From positions 15,163 through 79,162 of IMG/VR virus record IMGVR_UViG_3300049846_001393: a stretch of DNA of 64,000 nt; one strand, written 5' to 3'. The translations under genes were made by a program, and so were the position numbers. This DNA comes from a virus. Shown here one piece after another: positions 39,809 to 48,140 of the stretch (position 1 is the first letter of the stretch; every line of letters starts with the position of its first letter). The notes under the pieces were generated by a model, which was not told the DNA's origin, did not search any database, and worked only from the letters and a program-made list of their open reading frames with translations.

Positions 39809-40435
39809 TTAATCCAAATAAACGTTTTTTATAGTTCTTGAAAAAGGCTTATATTCTGAAACTATCTGTGAATATACCTTTGAATGTAAAGAATGATCTG
39901 TATTTCTACTACCTTCACGAACACCAATGCAATAAATAGCTTTTTCAACTACTTTAATATTTGAATTAGCATTACATATAAGATTAAGAAAAAGTTCCCA
40001 ATCTTCTAAAATTGGATACTCTTTGAAACCACCGACTTTTATAAAGTCATATCTAGAAACCATCGATCCAATAACACAACTATTAGAAGTGAAAATGTCT
40101 CTGTTCGGAATAACAGATGGAGCTGGATCAGCTTCTCCAGATTCGTAGAAACCCATAGTCATTGGCTTAAAAATTATTGGACCATGAGAAACGTCTAATG
40201 CGTTATGCATTGCAATCAAATAATCTTCATGCAAAAAATCATCAGCATCTAAGAAAACAATAAAGTCAGCATTAGACATTTTTGCTCCACGATTCCTTGC
40301 CTTAGCTAAAGAATCTGAGTGGACAGAAATGACATTATTAAGACCTTCAAGAGTTGACATCGAATGACAAAGATCTGAGTTCTTGTCCTCCCAGTCTTTC
40401 GAACCAAATGTTCCAACAACAATATCAATCAACAT
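39809..40435 (-). CDS. GT2 glycosyltransferase
   Basis: ARNRGA, FLDADD, EDW. Confidence 0.85.
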   Translation of the reverse strand: MLIDIVVGTFGSKDWEDKNSDLCHSMSTLEGLNNVISVHSDSLAKARNRGAKMSNADFIVFLDADDFLHEDYLIAMHNALDVSHGPIIFKPMTMGFYESGEADPAPSVIPNRDIFTSNSCVIGSMVSRYDFIKVGGFKEYPILEDWELFLNLICNANSNIKVVEKAIYCIGVREGSRNTDHSLHSKVYSQIVSEYKPFSRTIKNVYLD

Positions 40436-41135
40436 TTAAACCAACAACATTCGGATACTTTTCATACTTGCCATCAGAAAGTATGGATTTTATATGTGAA
40501 ATGCTATGACCAGGTCTAGAAATATATCTGTTATATTTCTCTAAACGATCAGACTCTTTAGCATACCCAAAATGCAACATCTTAATATCATACTGATTTG
40601 CTGGATTGCCCCTAGCATAAAGAGGCTCAGAACCGCAGCCCATAGAAGCAGCCGGCCAAGAAGCGTTTCCCTGGAACCTAAAAAATCTAGGAGAACAGAT
40701 GCTATCCCAATAAGGATCTACCCTTACTGATAGCGAGTCGCCATCGACACCAAAAACCTCAAGAAAATGAATCTTCACAGAATCACTACCCAGTTCAGTG
40801 CACTTAAGAAGTGAATCGTGCAGCGGGAGACCAGAGTATAAAAACTCGTCTGCATCAAATGCGAGAACCCAGTCCTCTTCAGAAGGACTCAGCAAATCTT
40901 CAAAGTATGTCCATGCCTGCGATCTAAACATGCTTTCGTTTTCAAGAAAGGATGGAGATGAATCAGGTCTGACCGCAACGGTTGCAAAGTCAGAAGCAAT
41001 ATTCACAGAATCATCAGTAGATCTATCATCAAAAATAAAAATTTCATCAAGAAAAGAAGAAGACCATTCAAGACATTCTTTCAGATATCTATCCGACTCA
41101 TTCTTCATAACCATGAGTCCATAAATTTTAGTCAT
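40425..41135 (-). CDS. GT2 glycosyltransferase
   Basis: DDRSTD, DADEF, HFGY. Confidence 0.85.
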   Translation of the reverse strand: MTKIYGLMVMKNESDRYLKECLEWSSSFLDEIFIFDDRSTDDSVNIASDFATVAVRPDSSPSFLENESMFRSQAWTYFEDLLSPSEEDWVLAFDADEFLYSGLPLHDSLLKCTELGSDSVKIHFLEVFGVDGDSLSVRVDPYWDSICSPRFFRFQGNASWPAASMGCGSEPLYARGNPANQYDIKMLHFGYAKESDRLEKYNRYISRPGHSISHIKSILSDGKYEKYPNVVGLNVD

Positions 41136-41910
41136 GATCTATACCATGGGCTTCACAAAATTCAACAAAAATCTTCTTTGCCTCACCCATCCTTGAATCA
41201 ACTTCACCGCCAACAGGGGACGACTTATGCCATTCATGAATCATCTCAGCATTACCAAGGTACCAAACCTCTTTACCATGAGCCTGTGCGTGATAGGCGC
41301 AACCGGTTTCCTCATAGTAATGCTGCGTTGGAAGAAAGGCCCCAATTACATCTGGAAACATTGATGCATAAATGCTACAATTTGTTAATTCAGACCAAAG
41401 ATCTCTTTTGATAAAAAATGCTGACCCAGAAACTGTAACAGCCTTACGATCAAAGCGTAGCTCTTGGAGTCTTGGTGATCTCCAACCATTATGCTGTGGC
41501 TTTTCTAGCGTTCCAAAGATACCACCATGAGTTGCTCTAAAAGTTGAGTCGTACTGCAATGGGCCAACAATACCAACATCTGGATTTGAGTCCAAAAAAT
41601 CTACACAGTAGTCAACACATTCATTATCAACAAATCTTGTGTCAGAATTAAAGAAGGCTAGAACATCTGCATCAGAGTTAAATCCAGCATAGTTGCAAGC
41701 CAAAGCATATCCAAGATTCCAGTCTGATCTAACCGACCAAGCATCTGACGGAATTTTTAAGTCATCAAAACCATCTTCAGAATCTACATCAATAATAGTT
41801 AGATGGCTTTCTGTTTTTGGTTTAAACTGCTCATAAGAATCAATGAAAGCCTGAAGTAGATCATAAGTTCTATAATTTATGACAGAAATTTCTACTTTCA
41901 AAATCCACAC
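41128..41910 (-). CDS. GT2 glycosyltransferase (rhamnosyltransferase-like)
   Basis: NLGYALACN, NSD, VSGS, YEE. Confidence 0.82.
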   Translation of the reverse strand: MWILKVEISVINYRTYDLLQAFIDSYEQFKPKTESHLTIIDVDSEDGFDDLKIPSDAWSVRSDWNLGYALACNYAGFNSDADVLAFFNSDTRFVDNECVDYCVDFLDSNPDVGIVGPLQYDSTFRATHGGIFGTLEKPQHNGWRSPRLQELRFDRKAVTVSGSAFFIKRDLWSELTNCSIYASMFPDVIGAFLPTQHYYEETGCAYHAQAHGKEVWYLGNAEMIHEWHKSSPVGGEVDSRMGEAKKIFVEFCEAHGIDHD

Positions 41911-42632
41911 CTTTTATCAATCACAGTAATCATATTTTTACTCATAACATGCTTATTGCTAACTTTTCCGTCCCAAATGAGTTTTCCACCAGCGGCCTTA
42001 ACGTTTGCGGACCATCCAAGATCTTCACCGTTCTTGTGCCAAGAATAGTCAATATTATAAGCAAATGGTTTCATCAATTTTGCAGCCATAATAATATCAA
42101 CAGTTGCGATATCGTCAGTATCTCTTCTATAAAATCTTACCATGTCGCCATCTGACCAATACCCCATGCTTGGATGAACCCTTGTTGTTTCTGACATATA
42201 GCACTTCATTCCAACAGCACAAGCATCGGTATGCACACTTAAAGCAGACAATGCAGATGTGATTGCAGTTTCAGCCAAGAGGATATCTGAATCTAGACTC
42301 AAGAAAAGATCTGGAGCATACTCACGAACACCAGCAAGAAGTTCGTTTCTTAGATATGTCATATGAGAATATCTAGAGTCATTCCATCTTCTTTTATCTT
42401 CTCTTAGGTCTTCATCAATAACTCTTACTATAGAGTTTTCTAGAGAAGATAGATCGTTTAGATCCTTCTTGTTCTTATTTCCTGCAACAAAAATAAACTG
42501 AAAATCGGAGATTCCAGCATTAAAGCAGGCAAGATTTACATGATCAATCCACTTGTCAAGAATCCAACCCCTATCACTATATGGGCATCCAATTAAAAGT
42601 CTCAAATCTTTACCAATCTGTGAGAAGGGCAA
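41898..42632 (-). CDS. GT-A fold glycosyltransferase
   Basis: LRN, SLDSD, GED. Confidence 0.7.
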   Translation of the reverse strand: MPFSQIGKDLRLLIGCPYSDRGWILDKWIDHVNLACFNAGISDFQFIFVAGNKNKKDLNDLSSLENSIVRVIDEDLREDKRRWNDSRYSHMTYLRNELLAGVREYAPDLFLSLDSDILLAETAITSALSALSVHTDACAVGMKCYMSETTRVHPSMGYWSDGDMVRFYRRDTDDIATVDIIMAAKLMKPFAYNIDYSWHKNGEDLGWSANVKAAGGKLIWDGKVSNKHVMSKNMITVIDKRCGF

Positions 42633-42826
42633 ACACGCTTTTCGTCCCCTGACTTTGGGACATATTCTTCACCGTATACAAGTGAAACTTTCTCAACCTG
42701 AACTGTCGCAAACTTTCCAGTAAAATTAACTATTTTACCAAGATAAAAAGTTTGAGATGTATTAGTATTCGCAATTGCAATAACTTTAGAACCAAGATCA
42801 AGAATATTACCAAAAGCATCAAGCAT
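42602..42826 (-). CDS. small hypothetical protein
   Basis: 74-aa coupled ORF. Confidence 0.55.
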   Translation of the reverse strand: MLDAFGNILDLGSKVIAIANTNTSQTFYLGKIVNFTGKFATVQVEKVSLVYGEEYVPKSGDEKRVCPSHRLVKI

Positions 42827-43265
42827 TCTCTTGGCCCCACTTAGCCATCAAACAAGCTTCAGCCCTACCATGATCCTTTTTTCTTTTAAAAAGATCGCAT
42901 GAAGATGGCCAAGTATCTATAGCCCTAGCTCTAGCCATCTCCTTGTCAGAAGAAAGTCCCATAGATGCCTTCCATTTTCTAGGAGTAACATGCATTATTG
43001 GCAACTTCAACGCACCAAAAACTCCGAGTAAAGTTCCATAAGACTGACCAAACTTGAAAGTTGATGCAACACCCTGACCTGGCATTGATCCAACTTTTTC
43101 AACAATGACAATATCTGGAGTGCCGTGCTTAATAACTAAATCAGATAGAGCAGCAGCATCAACCCTACCATCCATTACAGGCATATCTACTGCATCTAAG
43201 ATATTGCCATCCATTACCCATGCAATGGCTCCAGAAAGGCCAGGGTCAACACCAACAACAAGCAT
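42819..43265 (-). CDS. ruvC: RuvC-like Holliday junction resolvase
   Basis: GVDPGLSGA, IVE, FKFG, TPRKWK, DHGRAEA. Confidence 0.85.
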   Translation of the reverse strand: MLVVGVDPGLSGAIAWVMDGNILDAVDMPVMDGRVDAAALSDLVIKHGTPDIVIVEKVGSMPGQGVASTFKFGQSYGTLLGVFGALKLPIMHVTPRKWKASMGLSSDKEMARARAIDTWPSSCDLFKRKKDHGRAEACLMAKWGQENA

Positions 43266-43642
43266 CAGTCATCTTCCTCAAGAAGACTTTGAATCTCCTT
43301 CTTTACTTCCATAATCTTAAAAGTAGTTGCTCTATTTTTATTTTCAACATCAATATCAATTTTTGCAAGAACCATATTAAACTCTATCTTAATACAAGTA
43401 CCATCATCTGAAAGGCTGATAGCATCAGGTAGCCAATCATCTACAGTGTCATACATGACAGCAGTAGCTCTCTTAATTCTTTCAGTGATTGCTTCACGGT
43501 ACTCTGGATTCATTTCAGAATATATCCTTTGAGAATTTATTGTTCTTTCAAATTCAGTAAATCTTGACTCCCAAAGAAGTGCAGGAGTGATCGCATCAAC
43601 AAAAATTTTTATATCAAAATCTTCTATTTCGAACTGTTCCAC
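43265..43642 (-). CDS. hypothetical protein
   Basis: 125-aa ORF. Confidence 0.55.
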   Translation of the reverse strand: MEQFEIEDFDIKIFVDAITPALLWESRFTEFERTINSQRIYSEMNPEYREAITERIKRATAVMYDTVDDWLPDAISLSDDGTCIKIEFNMVLAKIDIDVENKNRATTFKIMEVKKEIQSLLEEDD

Positions 43643-43679
43643 TCAGCAATCATATTCGGAAAAATAGTCGTATAAACCC

Positions 43680-43701
43680 AAAAAGCCCGCCGAAGCGGGC
43701 T
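43680..43701 (-). terminator. intrinsic terminator
   Basis: AGCCCGC-TTCG-GCGGGCT-TTTT on the minus strand. Confidence 0.85.
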
Positions 43702-43728
43702 AATCGGAGCTATTGCTAGTTTTAGCTT

Positions 43729-44067
43729 TTAATCTTCATCATCCCAATTATCAACAATATCCTTTAGAGACTCAAGTTCAACCTCAAACTCAGTTGGGGC
43801 AGCACGCTTAAACTCTTTTTGGATTTCGTATGACTCTGGATTAAGAACCCTATCTGACCATGCAGAGTCTGATACAGTAAACATGGTACTCATGTATATC
43901 TTAACCTTACCCTCTTTAACCAGATTTGGAACTTCATCATCATTGAAGTCCTCGTCCTCACCCTCGTCTGGGAAAACTGCAGCATCTACAGCGGTCATAT
44001 GAATGCCGATACTTGACATAGCAGCTTCAACATCTTCAATAACTGGTATAAGAAACTCGTGATCCAT
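43729..44067 (-). CDS. acidic hypothetical protein (leaderless)
   Basis: ATG 6 nt downstream of the -10 box. Confidence 0.6.
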   Translation of the reverse strand: MDHEFLIPVIEDVEAAMSSIGIHMTAVDAAVFPDEGEDEDFNDDEVPNLVKEGKVKIYMSTMFTVSDSAWSDRVLNPESYEIQKEFKRAAPTEFEVELESLKDIVDNWDDED

Positions 44068-44073
44068 GCCACA

Positions 44074-44102
44074 ACAATACACCATGGGCGGCGGCGTGTC
44101 AA
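44074..44102 (-). promoter_or_regulatory. sigma70-type promoter TTGACA-N17-TATTGT
   Basis: Consensus -35, 17-nt spacer, leaderless ATG. Confidence 0.75.
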
Positions 44103-44132
44103 GCAGCGCTCGGACCTCAAATGAGCATTTGG

Positions 44133-44384
44133 CTAGACTTCGCCCTCATCAGCGAGTTCACTACCACCATCATATGATGAATCTAAACTAGATGGAAGCG
44201 TTGAAGCAGAACCCTTAACACCAACCTGCGTTGCGGCAATAGACTTCAAAGCAGCAAGACCAATTGCTACAACTGGAATCCATACCTTAGGTAGATCAAA
44301 CATATCTACAGTAACAACAGCAAGCCCAGCCTGAATAGCTGTCCAGAAGGTTCTTTCAATAATATCTGCAGTAGTCTTATTCAT
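44133..44384 (-). CDS. holin (r1t-like)
   Basis: ERTFWTAIQA...LKSIA...SAS, two hydrophobic helices. Confidence 0.75.
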   Translation of the reverse strand: MNKTTADIIERTFWTAIQAGLAVVTVDMFDLPKVWIPVVAIGLAALKSIAATQVGVKGSASTLPSSLDSSYDGGSELADEGEV

Positions 44385-44662
44385 TTTTTCTCCTGATTTT
44401 TGTGAGATATATAAGATGCTCTAAATTTATCAAACTCATCTCCCCAAGGTATCTTATCTGGATCATACCTCAGAAGAAACTGATGCTTATACTTTGAAAC
44501 CAAACCAATATCTTGAAATTCTCTCATAACTATTGAAAGCCTCTGATAGGAGATTCCAAATCTTTTAGCAACTTCTCCCTGCGGGATAGCTACGATATTT
44601 TTTTGATCTCTATTTTCCCAAAGAAACCTATATAGGGCTTCTCTGCTGTGCATAGATTTCAT
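44381..44662 (-). CDS. winged-HTH DNA-binding protein
   Basis: QGEVAKRFGISYQRLSIVMREFQDIGLV. Confidence 0.65.
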   Translation of the reverse strand: MKSMHSREALYRFLWENRDQKNIVAIPQGEVAKRFGISYQRLSIVMREFQDIGLVSKYKHQFLLRYDPDKIPWGDEFDKFRASYISHKNQEKK

Positions 44663-46689
44663 CCCAAATCAATCTCACAGACGTCAGTGGTGCAGAACTT
44701 CTCGCCAGCACCCTCATTGGCCTTGGTGTAGAGAGCCTCAAGATCAAGTGGCTTAATCTTCTTCATCATCTTGATTGCCTCTTCCTCAGAGATTGGCTCA
44801 TATGGAGCCTGAGCATAAGTAGTACCCTCATCACTGATTGGAAGGAAAGAAAGGCTCTTGACCTGACCCTGAAGTGAACGAAGTAGAGGAGAAATTTCCT
44901 TCTGCTCATCAGGCTTAAATGAAACAGTTACAGAAACCATATTATCTGCCCAGTAACGCTGAGCCATTGCAGCAAGAGAAGCCTTCTCCCAAATAGAAAC
45001 CTCAAGTTCTGATCGAACCTCAAGACCCTTAGTTGGGAATGAAGCAACAGCAGTAGTCTTGGAATCCATCACATCGTCCTCAATATGATAGCCAGCCTTC
45101 TTAAGAATTGGAAGAAGTGGATCTGTCTTGTGGAAACGGATACGACGAATGTAATAACCAGAAGTTGTAGGCCAATGAACGCCGGAAGTGGTACCAGCAA
45201 TAATAGATGTTGTACCTGCAGGCTTAACGGTTGTCAGCTTAACAGAGTTTCTTACACCAAGCCACTCACTGTATTTAGTATCAACGTTCTCAAGATACTG
45301 ATAACCTTCATCCATCCAATACTGCATGTCTGACCATGAGCGATTCTCAATGAAGTCAACGATGCCGGTCATCGAAATACCGATACGACGGTTTCGGGTG
45401 ATAACCTCATTTGTCTCAGCCCAAGTTGAAGGCATAAGAGTTACAGCCTTAGCATACATATATGCATGCTTGACAGACTTCTTAAAGTCAGCAAATGTCT
45501 CATGCTTAGAAGGATAAAGTTCAACAAGGCAGCAGAACTCGCTTGACTCAAGAGAAATCTCTGCACATGGATTACAACCAGAAACACGATAGTCGCGATT
45601 ATTCTCTGGATCTGCCATCCTACCAAAACGACGCATCATATCTAGCCAGATAACACCGGGCTCACCATTGATGGCAATCTTGTCAACGAGATGATCAAGA
45701 CTATCGCCAGAGTTAATAAGAACAGAATTATTTGAGGTCCAAGCCCAACCATCAGGACCAGTACGCTCTGCGTTCTCTGGAAGATTCCAGTTCTTTAGAT
45801 TTACGTAGTCATCATCTTCAGCTTCACCAAGAGCAATTAGTGCAGAGCGTCGTGCGCCACCAGCAACTACAGCCTTACCAAGTTTATTCATAATATCTAC
45901 GATATCTCTGCTAGTAATCTTTTCACCGTGACGACCAGCAAACTGCTTATTAATCGATTCATGAACATCCATCAATGGGCCTGGGCCAGAAGCAGTGCCA
46001 CCAAATGACTTAAGTGGAGCACCTGCTGGGCGCACCTCTGAGTAATCAAACTCAATTGGCTGACGATTCTTAAAGAAGAAAGACTCAAGTTGGGCAGCGA
46101 TTGACTCGCTCCAACCCTCACGAGTGTCAGGGACAACGAACTTAACTGGATCGCCAGTTGGCTCCCAGATTGTTAGTTTGCCAGCACCATTTGTATCGAA
46201 ACCAACACCAACACCATTCATGGACATTTCCATAAGGCGTGAGAATGGCATTGTTGCCTCATAGGCTGAATGGGTGCTGAGCTTCTCAGTTGAGATGAAT
46301 GCACAGTTATTTAGACTTGAGTTTGACTGATTTAGGTGGACGTACTCTGTACCCATTGCCCACATGCCACGACCGGGTGGTGTCCACTTGAAGTGAAACA
46401 TGCGATCAAATGCATCTTGTGCAGCCTTTTGAGCCTTGAACTCATTCCATGGGGTACGCTGGTGGGCACAGTGATCTTTCAGAATTGAATACATGCCTTC
46501 AATACAACGACGGCAAACCTCGTACCACTTCTCCTTAGTACCATCAGCCTTCTTACGGCTATACTTGGTTAGGAAAGTTAGCTCGCTTAGAGAGTTTCCA
46601 CCACCAATGTCAAATCCCCAATCGACTTCTTTATTCTCGTACTCCTCAATAAATGAGTCTGAAAGATGGAAGGAAAGAAAGTCTGACAT
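44659..46689 (-). CDS. nrdJ: class II (adenosylcobalamin-dependent) ribonucleotide reductase
   Basis: PPGRG, LNNC, NPCAEI, TVKPAGT, C-terminal CTTDVC. Confidence 0.92.
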   Translation of the reverse strand: MSDFLSFHLSDSFIEEYENKEVDWGFDIGGGNSLSELTFLTKYSRKKADGTKEKWYEVCRRCIEGMYSILKDHCAHQRTPWNEFKAQKAAQDAFDRMFHFKWTPPGRGMWAMGTEYVHLNQSNSSLNNCAFISTEKLSTHSAYEATMPFSRLMEMSMNGVGVGFDTNGAGKLTIWEPTGDPVKFVVPDTREGWSESIAAQLESFFFKNRQPIEFDYSEVRPAGAPLKSFGGTASGPGPLMDVHESINKQFAGRHGEKITSRDIVDIMNKLGKAVVAGGARRSALIALGEAEDDDYVNLKNWNLPENAERTGPDGWAWTSNNSVLINSGDSLDHLVDKIAINGEPGVIWLDMMRRFGRMADPENNRDYRVSGCNPCAEISLESSEFCCLVELYPSKHETFADFKKSVKHAYMYAKAVTLMPSTWAETNEVITRNRRIGISMTGIVDFIENRSWSDMQYWMDEGYQYLENVDTKYSEWLGVRNSVKLTTVKPAGTTSIIAGTTSGVHWPTTSGYYIRRIRFHKTDPLLPILKKAGYHIEDDVMDSKTTAVASFPTKGLEVRSELEVSIWEKASLAAMAQRYWADNMVSVTVSFKPDEQKEISPLLRSLQGQVKSLSFLPISDEGTTYAQAPYEPISEEEAIKMMKKIKPLDLEALYTKANEGAGEKFCTTDVCEIDLG

Positions 46690-46738
46690 TGGGGCCTCCT
46701 AGAAGATTTACAGATTATTTACGACAAATGTTGTAGAA

Positions 46739-46776
46739 ATAAAAGAGAGGTGTGGAAAGCGGGTGACCTCTCTTTT
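46739..46776 (-). terminator. hairpin/terminator between sigma factor and nrdJ
   Basis: AAAAGAGAGGT...ACCTCTCTTTT inverted repeat. Confidence 0.65.
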
Positions 46777-46799
46777 GGGACAATAATAACTGAGGCAAA

Positions 46800-47549
46800 T
46801 CAGTCAGGAACACAAGATTTCCAAATGAAATCTAGAGCCCCCGTGTGGATCTGACAAACCCTTGACTCAGTTACCTCAAGCATCTCACCAATCTCTTTAA
46901 GAGAAAGACCCTCAATATAATGCAAGAAGAACACAGTCTTTTGCTGACTGCTAAGATCCTTAAACGAATCAAAAATCTTTTCTCTCAAAACTAAAAGATC
47001 TTCTTCATCTAAAACCTGATAGTTATTTGACTCATCAGGAATAATATCTGAAAGTTTAAAAGAATCTCCATCAGAATTAATAACTTCATCAATATTAAAA
47101 ACTGAAGCGGTACTACCAGCACCCTTAATTCTTGATATATCTTTTATATTCCAACCTAGTGCTTCAGCAACTTCTTCATCACTTGGCTCTCGTCCCAGAT
47201 CATTGGACAATTTCTCTGAAACAAAATCAATCTCACGATTCTTAGACCTTAAAGAACGTGGAGCCCAATCAAACTGACGAAGCCTATCAAGAATTTCTCC
47301 ACGAATTCTAAAACTGGCATAGGTTTCAAACTTATAACCATACGATGAATCATATTTTGTAATAGCATCCATCAGTCCAATAAAACCATCTGAAACAAGA
47401 TCATCATAGTCTACGTGATTAGGTAGACCTCTGGCGATGGAAGCAGCAGTGCTCTTAACAAGATATTCATAGGCAATAACTAAATCTTGAAAAGTAGAAC
47501 CATCAATTAAATATTGATTCCATAATTTTTCTGTATCCATAAAAAGCAT
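46800..47549 (-). CDS. RNA polymerase sigma factor, FliA/WhiG family
   Basis: DDLVSDGFIGL, FETYASFRIRGEILDRLRQFDWAPRS, LKEIGEMLEVTESRVCQIH. Confidence 0.93.
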   Translation of the reverse strand: MLFMDTEKLWNQYLIDGSTFQDLVIAYEYLVKSTAASIARGLPNHVDYDDLVSDGFIGLMDAITKYDSSYGYKFETYASFRIRGEILDRLRQFDWAPRSLRSKNREIDFVSEKLSNDLGREPSDEEVAEALGWNIKDISRIKGAGSTASVFNIDEVINSDGDSFKLSDIIPDESNNYQVLDEEDLLVLREKIFDSFKDLSSQQKTVFFLHYIEGLSLKEIGEMLEVTESRVCQIHTGALDFIWKSCVPD

Positions 47550-47649
47550 CTTAATGGTAAAAATACTTATTTAAACACAAAAACAAAAGAACTCATTTCT
47601 CAGTTAAGGCAGACTTCACCCCACCCCACAGGGAAAAACAGCAAAACTG

Positions 47650-48078
47650 TAACGGTCGGTGTCTTCACCTAAATGATATCTCAATCACTGGATCAGATTA
47701 CTACTCAGCAAGTTGCTTAGATGAAACTGCCCAGACGTTCCTTTACCAGTTTCCCTGCTTTTCGCTTGGGACGGCACTGATGACGGATTGCCCACCGGAA
47801 GAGTCAAGGCCACCTTCAGTCCTGCGGCGCTGTATGGGGCGCATCCCACAATCTTCATTCAGTTTTCTAAGCAAGCCGAGTGTAGGTCACGCTCAGCGAT
47901 TGTAATAACGCGAGCACAGAAACCAGGCTCTTCGAGGAGAATTTGTCTTAATGTAGATAAGGAACAGAGCTCTCGAGTCGTCCGGGTGCGACCGTCCAGT
48001 TATCTAGATAATATCATATTCCCTGACATCTTCCTGGGAATCACACGAGCATTGTTTTCATTTGCGACCGATCCGGTC
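47650..48078 (-). ncRNA. large multi-stem structured RNA of unknown class
   Basis: ~590-nt gap without a credible ORF; end-closing and internal long-range helices; G-U pairs favour the minus strand. Confidence 0.65.
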
Positions 48079-48093
48079 CATTATGTTAACAAA

Positions 48094-48122
48094 ACTGTCG
48101 TTATAGATACTGTAGCGACAGT
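48094..48122 (+). promoter_or_regulatory. 13-bp hairpin in the 5' region of the phosphoesterase gene
   Basis: ACTGTCGTTATAG-ATA-CTGTAGCGACAGT, with two G-U pairs on the plus strand. Confidence 0.5.
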
Positions 48123-48140
48123 CGCCTGAAAGGTTTCCCA

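Noticed and set aside
46721-46736. NrdR-box-like sequence upstream of nrdJ
   Set aside because: Single copy with a mismatch at a conserved position; overlaps a promoter-like motif that explains it equally well
47650-48078. tmRNA, RNase P, group I/II intron or cobalamin riboswitch identity for the structured RNA
   Set aside because: No tRNA-like ends, no GAAAGTCC P4 signature, no recognisable intron core or interrupted gene, and it is not adjacent to nrdJ
47788-48129. 113-aa plus-strand ORF in the sigma upstream gap
   Set aside because: TTG start without RBS and no protein-like motifs; the region is better explained by RNA pairing
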